DNA from: the human T2T-CHM13v2.0 reference genome, Homo sapiens
Reading direction: 5' to 3' (one strand)
Length of the DNA: 64,000 bases
NCBI RefSeq assembly: GCF_009914755.1
Contig: NC_060944.1
Below, one piece after another: positions 52,881 through 64,000 of this stretch. The translations under genes were made by a program, and so were the position numbers. Within the stretch, counting starts at the first letter, position 1; each line of letters opens with the position of its first letter. Under the pieces are notes generated by a model. That model saw only the letters and a list, made by a program, of their open reading frames with translations. It made no database searches and was not told where the DNA came from.

Positions 52881-54943
52881 GTACATGATCCTTTGCTCTG
52901 GAAAGGAGTTGGGCGTGGGCTTGTAGGTTCCTTGTGCTTTATGGACAGATAGTGCAGGATACCAGTTACATATTCCATGATGAAATCCTCTAAAGCTAAA
53001 AAATAAATTTTGGCTGAATCTGAAAATTAATTAACTCATTCATTTATTCATTGAATAAATACTATTGACTGTCTACTATCCCTACTGTATTCCTGGGGAA
53101 ATTGCAATGGCATATGTATGCAGTGTGTCCTTACCAGAGAATTGGCACATACATTCAGAGACACATTGGCAAATTAGTGAGTTACCAGGAAGCGGATATG
53201 TGGAGAGATTTAAAATCTAGTCACATGGGAAACAACTGAGGAGTATGGCAATGTTTAGCCGGGAGAAGAAAGAGCTTGAGGCCCTGTGAAGGCCCTTGAA
53301 GACATGATAGCTGCCTTCACATATCTGAAGGACTGACGCTGGGAAAAGAGAGTTTATGAAGGGCCGGGCGCGGTGGCTCACGCCTGTAATCCCAGCACTA
53401 TGGGAAGCTGAGGCAGGCAGATCACCTGAGGTCGGGAGTTTGAGACCGGCCTGACCAACATGCAGAAACCCCGTCTCTACTAAAAAAATAAAAAAAATTA
53501 GCCGGTCGTGGTGGCACATGCCTATAAACCCAGCTGCTCGGGAGGCTGAGGCAGGAGAATCACTTGAACCTGGGAGGTGGAGGTTGTGGTGAGCCGAGGT
53601 TATGCCATTGCACTACAGCCTGGGCAACAAGAGTGAAACTCCGTCTCAAAAAAGAGAAAAGAGAGTTTACATATTTAATGTTTTCCAGGGCAAAACCAAT
53701 GTCAATAGCTAGAAGTTAATAGGGGAATAGATTCTGGCTCACAGCTAGAGCTGTTCAGTAGTTGAACAGCCTGTCTTGTGAAGGAGTAAGGTTTTGGTCA
53801 TTGGCTTAACATCTGCCAGGGATGTTATCAGAGGGCTTCTCTAAGGTTGGATGTTAGAACCCTCTGGCTTAATACCATGTTTCATCTCTATAAGTTTTCA
53901 GATCTCTGATTTTAGGTAGCTCCTGAACCCCTATTCATATGCACACCCCTAGTCTTCTCATCCAAGCTGAGATCAACAGGAATTGTAGCTTTCTGATTCC
54001 CTCTTTTTTTTTCAGGAACTTGCCAATTCAGAATATCCATGGGGCTCAGATAATGTAAATAAATGAAATGGGTTCAGTTGTAAGAATTCTGGTTTTCCAG
54101 TGCTGTTTGTTGTATTTAGTTTTCAGTACTGCAGGGGACACTTGAGCTCAGTATTAAGGAAGCCATGAGGAGCAATAGGGATTGTGGGACCCTCAATAAT
54201 AAATGTCTCATCTAGATGAGGCATCTACCATTCAACTTCAGTAAATCGTTTCCATGTAGGAATGGGGGCTGGGTGTGGCCCATTTGTTAACTTTTTGGGA
54301 GAAGCCAGAAATTTATATTTTTATGTAAAATCTTTCCATTTATAAATGTTGATTCAAATTTTGTATAAGCCAAATAAAACATAGTTGCAAGTCTGTGTCT
54401 TTAGGTCTTCACTAACACAAATAGGAAGGAAGAGAGGAACTCTTGAGTCTTCAAGATTATGTCTAGCTTTGGGGCTAGAGGATTCTCTGGTTTAGTATTA
54501 GGTCTCAAGCATCCATTTACTGTTCAGAGACAGCACCCATCCCCTATCTAATAATAGTTTACATTTATTGAACATTTGCTTTGTTCCAGACACTATATTG
54601 AATAATTTACATGCATTTTTCATTTAAGCCTCAAAACAACTAGTTGCTGTAATTATTTCTATTTTAAAGAAAAAGAAGTAAGTGATAGAAGCTAGTAAGT
54701 GATAGAGCAGGAATTCTAATCTGTGAAGTCCAATTTGGAACTCATAATCACTTAATCTAAACTTGTAATCACCACATCACATTGTCTTCAGACTCTTCAG
54801 ACAACATTAGCATTGACATATGGTCAGGGAAAAAGTGGGGCTGATAGAATAGACAGAATGAGACTTTGGTTGTTTGGGGTCCTGGAATAATAAATTCACT
54901 TTTGAGAGTTTGGCTCTGAGGCTCTGTTCTATTCCCTGTTCAG

Positions 54944-55045
54944 GAGACAAATCACACAGAATTAATGGAACATGAAGCATCTCTTAGTAGGAATGCGCAA
55001 GAGGAGAAGTTGTCTTTACAGCAGGTGATCAAGGATATAACCCAG
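54944..55045 (+). CDS. CEP250: CEP250 exon ETNHTELMEHE...KDITQ
   Basis: AG/GT; 102 nt; cumulative 1050. Confidence 0.95.
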
Positions 55046-55566
55046 GTACTGGGAAGCCTCCTGTTCATGGTAACCAGGTTATGCCTCCACTCCCCAGGTC
55101 TCCATGTCCTTTCAGTCCTGCCTAGATTTCCAGTCTCTGAGGTTCGGGTGCTTAAAGTCTTGTGGGGATGAGTTTTGTGTGTTTGAAGACCAGAACCCTA
55201 AGAGATAGCTAAGCATTCACGTTTAGCACTACCTGATGGGACAGGCCCTCTTTCCTGTTTCTAGCTGCAGTTCTCAGGCTGGAGGCTAGATTCTGGTATT
55301 CAATATCTCAATCGTTTCTTCTTTCATTTCCTCATTTATTGTTACCTCAGACAGTGTTCTAGCCTTGTTGTTAGTCCTAGACTTGGGTGACCAAAGGTGG
55401 AGAGTTGAAGGAACCAGACTTTTATGCTCAGATACTCCCCTCCTTCCCCCAGGGGAGAGGACCTGAGAAGGAAAACATCAGGTTTGTCCAGGCTATAGGG
55501 TTAAGTCCCTCTATAGACTCTAGGCTTTGGTCAGTAGGGTGGTGACCTTGCTGTATTGGGTTTCAG

Positions 55567-55725
55567 GTCATGGTGGAAGAAGGGGACAATATAGCCCAAG
55601 GCTCTGGTCATGAGAACTCTTTGGAATTGGACTCTAGTATCTTCTCCCAGTTTGATTACCAGGATGCAGACAAGGCTCTTACTCTGGTGCGTTCAGTGCT
55701 GACTCGGAGACGCCAGGCTGTGCAG
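55567..55725 (+). CDS. CEP250: CEP250 exon VMVEEGDNI...RRQAVQ
   Basis: AG/GT; 159 nt; cumulative 1209. Confidence 0.95.
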
Positions 55726-56267
55726 GTAGGAACCCTCAGCATTCCACCTCAGTCACAGGGGTTTGTGTCTAAACTGGTTTGTGCCTCAGGTACCTCCCTA
55801 GCCTGGACTATCCCTTTCACTTTTTTGACCAGTCATGAGGTGTTCTGTCAATATCCCAGAGTAAATCTGCCTATGTCTGCTGAATTGTGCTTGTGAGTAG
55901 CAGGCACATCCTCCACGCCAATGGCATGCTTCACTTTGTGTACAATCTTTGCATAACAGTATGCAAAGATTGGGAACCAGAGCCCTGGGAGATTATTGGG
56001 TCAACGTTCTCCAACTCTGAGAGTCTTAGGCACACTTACCACTCCCCCATGCCACTGTACATTTGGAGATGACGAACTCTAAGAATCTAGAGCCACAGAA
56101 GCCCAATGACCTCTGATGGCCTGTCTTCTTGAATAGTTGCATCTCCCTTCTCAGCTTTCTTTTGTTGCACCAGCCCCCGACCCCCTTCTCCAGCCCCACT
56201 TTCGGGGTTCTGACATCCCTCCTTTGCCCTTGTTCATCATCTGGTTTCTCTTGCTCTCTCTCCACAG

Positions 56268-56446
56268 GACCTAAGGCAGCAGCTTGCAGGCTGTCAAGAG
56301 GCTGTGAACTTGTTGCAACAGCAGCATGATCAGTGGGAGGAAGAGGGCAAAGCCTTGAGACAGCGGCTGCAGAAGCTCACTGGGGAGCGGGACACTCTGG
56401 CAGGGCAGACTGTGGACCTCCAGGGAGAGGTGGACTCTCTCAGCAA
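56268..56446 (+). CDS. CEP250: CEP250 exon DLRQQLAGCQE...EVDSLS
   Basis: AG/GT; 179 nt; cumulative 1388. Confidence 0.95.
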
Positions 56447-56763
56447 GTGAGCAGACGGGCTGTTCATCCCACCCTCCCAGCCTGGTCTCAGTCTCAGTCA
56501 CCATCCAGCCATTTACCCACTCCCATCAGGTTTTTGGGGTGCTGATCCTGTTCTCCTTGAGACTCAGGGCTGTTTTGCCCAGTGTTTCACTTGTTTCTCC
56601 AGAACAAGCTTTTGGGGTTGGAGTCTTTGTGATGATAAAAAAGTTTTGCACTAGAAACAGAAGATGGGATGTTGAAACAGGGTCTCTTGGCCCTGTGATG
56701 CCTGCTTCCAGAAAGAATTTTAGGTCCTATGGTCTCTGCTCATCTCTGATTCCCTTCTTCCAG

Positions 56764-56946
56764 GGAGCGAGAGCTGCTGCAGAAGGCCAGGGAAGAGCTG
56801 CGGCAGCAGCTGGAGGTGCTAGAGCAGGAGGCATGGCGCCTGCGAAGGGTAAATGTGGAGCTTCAGCTGCAGGGGGACTCTGCCCAGGGCCAGAAGGAGG
56901 AACAGCAGGAGGAGCTGCACCTGGCTGTCCGGGAGAGGGAGCGTCT
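56764..56946 (+). CDS. CEP250: CEP250 exon ERELLQKARE...VRERER
   Basis: AG/GT; 183 nt; cumulative 1571. Confidence 0.95.
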
Positions 56947-58395
56947 GTAAGTGAGACTAGTCTCCTCCTCGCTGGGCCCTGGTCTTTCTTCAATTCTACA
57001 CCCTCCCCGTCTACTCCCCTCTGTTACAAAGTAGAGTATGTAGAAGTCTGGCATGCAGTGGGTTCAGATTAGCTTGCTGCTTCTTCCTTTGCAGAAAGAT
57101 GAATATGGAAAGTTCGTGGTTGGTTAAGTCTTAGTTGAGCACCCATATGGGATGAGACACTGAGGGGGATACAGAAATGAATAAGACAAAAGCCCTGATT
57201 TCAGGGAACTTGCCAGAAGACAGACAACTCACTGTGACATGAGGCTGGATGAAGTATGAGTTAAATAGAGTTTCAGACCAAGTCCTTTGGGAGCACAGGA
57301 GTGACAGCTAATTATTGAAGACTAGGAAATGCTTTATGGAGGAGAGAGTAGACTTTGAGCTGGGCCTTTACCTATTTGGTTAGCAGAGAGTGGGAGAAGA
57401 GCTCAAGGAACAGATTAGCAAAGAAAAGGCGGCAGGAAGGTTCATGGCATGTTCAGAGTAGGCTGGGCTGGCTAAAGGGTAAGACTTATACAGGGAAGTA
57501 GTGGGAAATGTGCTAGCTGGTCAAGAAAGGGAAATCCAGAATCAATGGCCCCAGCTAATCTGTAAATTCCCCTATATGATGTCACAGAAAAAGCAAGGAC
57601 TTTGAGCTAGGCAGAAGCTTAGTTTAAATTATGGCTCTGTCACATGGACAGATTATTTGTAGAATGATGATAATATTTACCTTGAAGGGTTGCTGGGAAG
57701 ATGAGAGCAACGTTTTGGAAAACGCCAGCATAGAACCTGGCATATGGTAGGTCTTTAATAACTGGGAGCAGGGATATACCTTCATCTTTGCTGTATTTCC
57801 CTCCTCTCCTGTGCCCCAGTTCCTTGTACCTGGTAGGCATGAATAGTGGAAGCTTGAAGGGCTGCCATAAGGGTCATGACTTGTGCTAAGAATGATCTCC
57901 CTGTACCAAGGAGAAGGGCAGACAACCCCTAACAACAAAAAATTAGCTGTAGCTGAATGTGGTGGCATGTGCCTGTAGCCATGGCAAGGTGAGATGGGAG
58001 GATCACATGAGCCCCCAGGAGTTTGAGGCTTCAGTGAGCTAAGAAGATACACAGAGAAGTCTCACTCTCATTTGTGCTTTCTCCATCCCATTTCCCTTCC
58101 CCCTTTAGGCAACCATTTTAGCTGACTTCTTGTTTATCTTGCCAGTGCTCCTTCATGCAAATACGGGCATATATTCTTTCTTCCCCCACTTTCTTGCATA
58201 AAAGGTAGTGTATCATGTATATACTGTTCTGCACCTTGATTTTTTTCACTTGACATGTCTTAGAAATCTTTCCTTATCAGTGTTTATAGACCATCCTCAT
58301 TCTGTTGCATAGCAAAGGTGATTATATTCCTGTTACCTTTGGGGTTATGGCCCATCCCTAAGAGTTCCTCTAGACCCCTCTCTTTCCCATCTTAG

Positions 58396-58540
58396 TCAGG
58401 AGATGCTGATGGGCCTGGAAGCCAAACAGTCAGAATCACTCAGTGAACTGATCACTCTTCGGGAAGCCCTGGAGTCAAGTCACCTGGAAGGGGAGTTACT
58501 GAGGCAAGAGCAAACGGAAGTGACCGCAGCGCTGGCTAGG
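58396..58540 (+). CDS. CEP250: CEP250 exon QEMLMGLEAK...TAALAR
   Basis: AG/GT; 145 nt; cumulative 1716. Confidence 0.95.
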
Positions 58541-59342
58541 GTGCGTGGCCTCCTCTCCTCACTTGCTGGGTGGGCGGCTTCGAAAGTGTGTTCCCATGCA
58601 GCCTGCCTCATTCTTCACCTTCAAGCCAGGATCCCTCATCTTTCCTCAATCATTAGTCTGCTTCTGGGTTCTCTATTCCAACATACCCTCTATATTGGAA
58701 TTAGAATGGGCTTTCTAAAGTATATACCTGGTTATGTCAGTCTCTTAAAACCATTCAACGGCTTTCTAGCTCTGTGGTGCCACATTCAAAGCTTTTTGTC
58801 ATGTGCCTCAAAGTGTGTTTTAGCCTCCCCTTCTACTGCAAAACCCATCCTAACACCTCATATCCTTTGCTCCTGCCACAGCAGTAATTGCCTTCTCAGT
58901 TATTCCATGTTCTTCATGACTCTAATACTCTGCATGTACTTTTCCCTTTCTCTGCACTACTTCTTTCCTCTTCCTTTATGTGCAAACTGTTCCTCATCTC
59001 TCAGTACACAACTTAATCGTCAACTCCTCTACCAAGCATATTTGACTCTTCCAAACTATATTAATATTTTTTTTAGTTCCCAGAGCACTTTGTGCTTACA
59101 TTTTCTGTGGCATCATTACAATCATAGTCATTTCTCTATCCTAACTTTGGTATCTCTATACTGTGAGGTCCTGTCTCACTCCTTAATGAATGAATGAAGG
59201 GAAAACTTGTTTAGAATGCAGGAGAGGGAATGGAGTATTAACTGATCTCTGTACCAAAAAGCAGCAGTGTTGGGAATGTGAACTGTTTACTGTTCCAGGA
59301 AAATTGGAAATATGAAACTCTTTAATCCTTTTTGTTTTTTAG

Positions 59343-59489
59343 GCAGAGCAGTCAATTGCAGAGCTGTCGAGTTCTGAAAACACCCTGAAGACAGAAGTAG
59401 CTGATCTTCGGGCTGCAGCTGTCAAGCTCAGTGCCTTAAATGAGGCTTTGGCGTTAGATAAAGTTGGGCTGAACCAGCAGCTTCTCCAG
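59343..59489 (+). CDS. CEP250: CEP250 exon AEQSIAELSS...NQQLLQ
   Basis: AG/GT; 147 nt; cumulative 1863. Confidence 0.95.
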
Positions 59490-59817
59490 GTGAGCAAAGA
59501 TTTTCCTGGTCCCCACAGAAGGGCTGGGCCCTAACTGAGAGCAAGACGGATCAGCTCCCAAATGTAGGTCTGAAATGAGCAAAAGGAACATTTACAATGC
59601 AGAGGAGAGCAAAGACTGTAAGGATTGGGCTTAGCCATTATAAATATTCCCCTCCCACACCTCCAGCAGAACCACCTCTGGACTTCAGGGTAAGACACCA
59701 AGGTTGGGAAGGGGCCCATGTCCTCTGGAAGGAAGACTAGGTTTTTTGCTGGGGTTTTCTTGAGATGGATCTCCCTCTGTCACCTAGGCTGGAGTGCAGT
59801 GGTGCGATCTTAGCTAA

Positions 59818-60261
<444 letters not shown>

Positions 60262-60764
60262 TGATCTTGAACTCCTGGCCTCAGGTGATCCATCCACCTC
60301 AGCCTCCTGAAGTCCTGGGATTACAGGCATGAGCCACCATACCCGGCCTAAGTCTAGGTTGTTAATCCTGTTGGGTGAGATAATAGCAATCACCAGAAAA
60401 GAATCTGCTGAAGAGCCTAAGTCCCAAAGAATCTTTTCTATAGGTTATAAATTTAACCTATAATTATAGCGAGGGAACCTCCTTGCAATCTCTGTTTCCT
60501 TGAGTGTTCTCTATTCCATTATTCTGAATTATTTGAGAGCAGGACTTTGCCTTGCATATCTCCGTCCCCAGCATCCAGCCCATCTAGTACCTGGAATATA
60601 GGCACTAGATCAAATGAATGGATTTTCCCCCATCTTATAAACACTCCTTTGTTCATCTTTGGAGAATAGATTCATATCTCACTTGGATTTCAGTCTTAGC
60701 ATTTGATTCCTAAACTAACCATTTGTCTTTGATGCTTGTACTCCCTTCCCTTTTTGGCCAGTAG

Positions 60765-60995
60765 TTAGAGGAGGAGAACCAGTCTGTGTGCAGCAGAATG
60801 GAGGCCGCAGAGCAGGCGAGAAATGCTTTGCAGGTCGACCTGGCGGAGGCAGAGAAGAGGAGGGAAGCCCTGTGGGAAAAGAACACTCACCTGGAGGCTC
60901 AGCTGCAGAAAGCTGAGGAGGCTGGGGCTGAGCTGCAGGCAGATCTCAGGGACATCCAAGAAGAGAAGGAAGAAATTCAAAAGAAACTAAGTGAG
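60765..60995 (+). CDS. CEP250: CEP250 exon LEEENQSVCSRMEAAE...QKKLSE
   Basis: Distal AG of CAGTAG; GAG|GTGAG donor; 231 nt; cumulative 2094. Confidence 0.95.
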
Positions 60996-61197
60996 GTGAG
61001 AAGCCAAAATGGACACCATCATGTCTAGGTGTAATATATGCTCATTATAAAAAATTAAAACACTACAGAAATTATCTGGAAAGTGAAAAAGTCTTACTTC
61101 CTAGAAATGACCAGTGTTACTAGTTTGCAGTATATCTTCCAATTTTAAAAAAGAATGCCTATAACAATTCTTCACTGAGGCTGGGCGCAGTGGCTCA

Positions 61198-61494
<297 letters not shown>

Positions 61495-62124
61495 TCATTC
61501 ACACCACCCAGTTTGAATTAGAAGCTTCTCCTTATACTCTGATAGCACCTCATGCTTATTTTAACTACCACATTCCTCATGCTATAATTATCTGTTTATA
61601 TGTCTCTACCATTAGACCAAAAGCTCCTTGAAGGCAAAGCTATATCTTATTTGTTTTTATTTCTCCAGCTTTTAGCATAGTGCCTACCACATAACAGGGG
61701 CCAAGTAAATTTTTTTCCTGAGCCAATGAATGACCTGGCTCAAAGGTCATCTTTCTCCTCTACAAAACCTCTCATTGTCCTAATAATTGTACGGACTCTC
61801 CCTTCACAGAGTCCCTTTCTCGGGACATTGATGACTTTCTTCCCAGTATTATGTGTGCATCTTCTCAAGGCCAAAACCTCCTTAGGGGCAGGTCTTCTGC
61901 TGTCCCTAGCACAGGGTCTTGCTCACAGGGGAGCATTCTTCCTGGGCTGGGGGCTCTGTGGGCGGATCAGGGAAATAGATAAATGCCACGTGCTATTGGG
62001 TAAGCAATCCGGGCTCACAGAGCTGGGTCCAGAATCTCTGAAGAGGCAATGACCCTAACCTGGTGGTAGCGGCCCCAGGGGAATCCAGCCTCTGCTCCAT
62101 CTCTCACCACATTCTTCCCCTCAG

Positions 62125-62318
62125 TCACGTCACCAGCAGGAGGCAGCCACGACTCAGCTGGAGCAGCTACATCAGGAGGCAAAGCGACAGGAAGAAGTGC
62201 TTGCCAGGGCAGTCCAGGAGAAGGAGGCCCTAGTACGAGAGAAAGCGGCTCTAGAGGTGCGGCTGCAGGCCGTGGAGCGTGACCGGCAGGACCTCGCTGA
62301 ACAACTACAGGGGCTCAG
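62125..62318 (+). CDS. CEP250: CEP250 exon SRHQQEAATT...EQLQGL
   Basis: AG/GT; 194 nt; cumulative 2288. Confidence 0.95.
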
Positions 62319-62539
62319 GTAGGGCCCAGACTCAGTTCAGCCAAGCACAGAGAGAGCTTTGCAAGGCAAAGGCGTGAAGCTAAGCTCCCTGCCATAAGTA
62401 TGCAGGTCCTAAATTGATTATGAATTTATAATTGCCCCCCTAACTTCTCCAGGTAGCCAATACTTAGAACCCAGCTCCTCTTGAGGAAGGGTAAGGGGCT
62501 TGATGGGTAAGAAACTCTTCTGATTCCTGAACCTCACAG

Positions 62540-62667
62540 CTCAGCCAAGGAGCTACTGGAGAGCAGTCTGTTTGAAGCCCAACAACAAAATTCTGTGATA
62601 GAGGTCACCAAGGGGCAGCTGGAGGTCCAGATTCAAACTGTCACTCAAGCCAAGGAAGTAATCCAAG
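62540..62667 (+). CDS. CEP250: CEP250 exon SAKELLESSL...KEVIQ
   Basis: AG/GT; 128 nt; cumulative 2416. Confidence 0.95.
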
Positions 62668-62869
62668 GTGAGAACCCAACTGGGATGGGATGCACTCCAT
62701 TCCATGGAGATGTTGAAAGGCAGGAAGATGGTGGGAGACTATTAGAGGTCCTTCTCCAGCAGGGTGCAGGGCCTCTGAGATGGGAGTTGCTCATGAGGTC
62801 AGGGGAGAGGGAGAATTTTATTAGGTAAAAGGAGGGGGCGGAGGCCTGATCCTGTCCCTGGCATGTTAG

Positions 62870-63039
62870 GGGAAGTGAGGTGCCTGAAGCTGGAACTGGA
62901 CACTGAACGGAGTCAGGCAGAGCAGGAGCGGGATGCTGCAGCCAGACAGCTGGCCCAGGCTGAGCAAGAAGGGAAGACTGCCTTGGAGCAGCAGAAGGCA
63001 GCCCATGAGAAAGAGGTGAACCAGCTCCGGGAGAAATGG
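62870..63039 (+). CDS. CEP250: CEP250 exon EVRCLKLELD...QLREKW; gene continues beyond the window
   Basis: AG/GT; 170 nt; cumulative 2586 = 862 codons. Confidence 0.95.
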
Positions 63040-63429
63040 GTAAGTGGTCAATGTGGCCGGGTATGGCCTCCCTTCCATGAGTGCTCTACCTGCTGCCTCT
63101 TGGTCCAGTTATTGCTGCTCGTATGAGTGAAATTTTGTAACCAAGCTGTAAAATCCAACTTCCTGCTATTAAATGAGTTAATATATGAAAAGCACTAAGA
63201 GTAGTTCCTAGCATGTGGTGGGCTCCCTATATGTGTTAGCCATTATTATTGTTGTTGTGTTGGTGTGTACAGAGAATTGAGAGTGGACCCTGGGATTTAG
63301 GATTATTAAACTGGCCTCAGGATGAAAACGGGGGAGAGGAATATCTTGGATGCATTCTTGTGCAGTTCAGAACTGTGTTTTGTCTTTTAATAATGTAATT
63401 TAGTCCATTTGGTTTTATTGTGGTTTTAG

Positions 63430-63816
<387 letters not shown>

Positions 63817-64000
63817 TAACTTCTTTTAGAGGATTAAGTTGGGTGATTAAGTTGTATTCTTTTCTCACCTCTTTTTTCTCTCTGCAACTGTGGATGATAT
63901 ATACTTTATTTTAAAAATCCTGTTAGTGGTTACCTTTAATATTTTTAAACATATACTTAATAAAATCTCAAGGTTCAGTAGTTTTACCCTTTTCCTGAAC

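Noticed and set aside
58541-59197. Long hydrophobic extension of the 264-aa ORF 58403-59197
   Set aside because: Only the part up to 58540 is a CEP250 exon; the rest is pyrimidine-rich, L2-like intron read-through

Overview
Human (primate) genomic DNA, recognisable as the GDF5-CEP250 locus (chr20q11.22). It holds the complete GDF5 gene on the - strand (CDS 20773-20143 joined to 17644-16770, 1506 nt, 501 aa) and the antisense GDF5OS/GDF5-AS1 ORF over GDF5 exon 2. A CpG-rich bidirectional promoter lies at about 37.5-38.7 kb. The 5' part of CEP250 (C-Nap1) follows on the + strand: 5'UTR exons plus 17 coding exons, codons 1-862, with all splice phases checked by hand. The rest is Alu-dense, with L1, L2, LTR and DNA-transposon remnants. 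No prokaryote-type system is present. The most notable observations are five. (1) A strong-Kozak 65-codon GDF5 uORF whose TGA overlaps the GDF5 ATG (AUGA), plus a second overlapping uORF altered by rs143384. (2) A long GDF5 leader from the CEP250 promoter that uses a GC donor and an exonised Alu carrying its own uORF. (3) A CAG/TAG NAGNAG acceptor in CEP250 that can insert an in-frame stop. (4) Two independent insertions of local sequence, each copied from about 1.3 kb upstream, into Alus. (5) A composite twin-primed L1 insertion next to a CTCF-like site. Gene, SNP and repeat names are from recall and were not searched.
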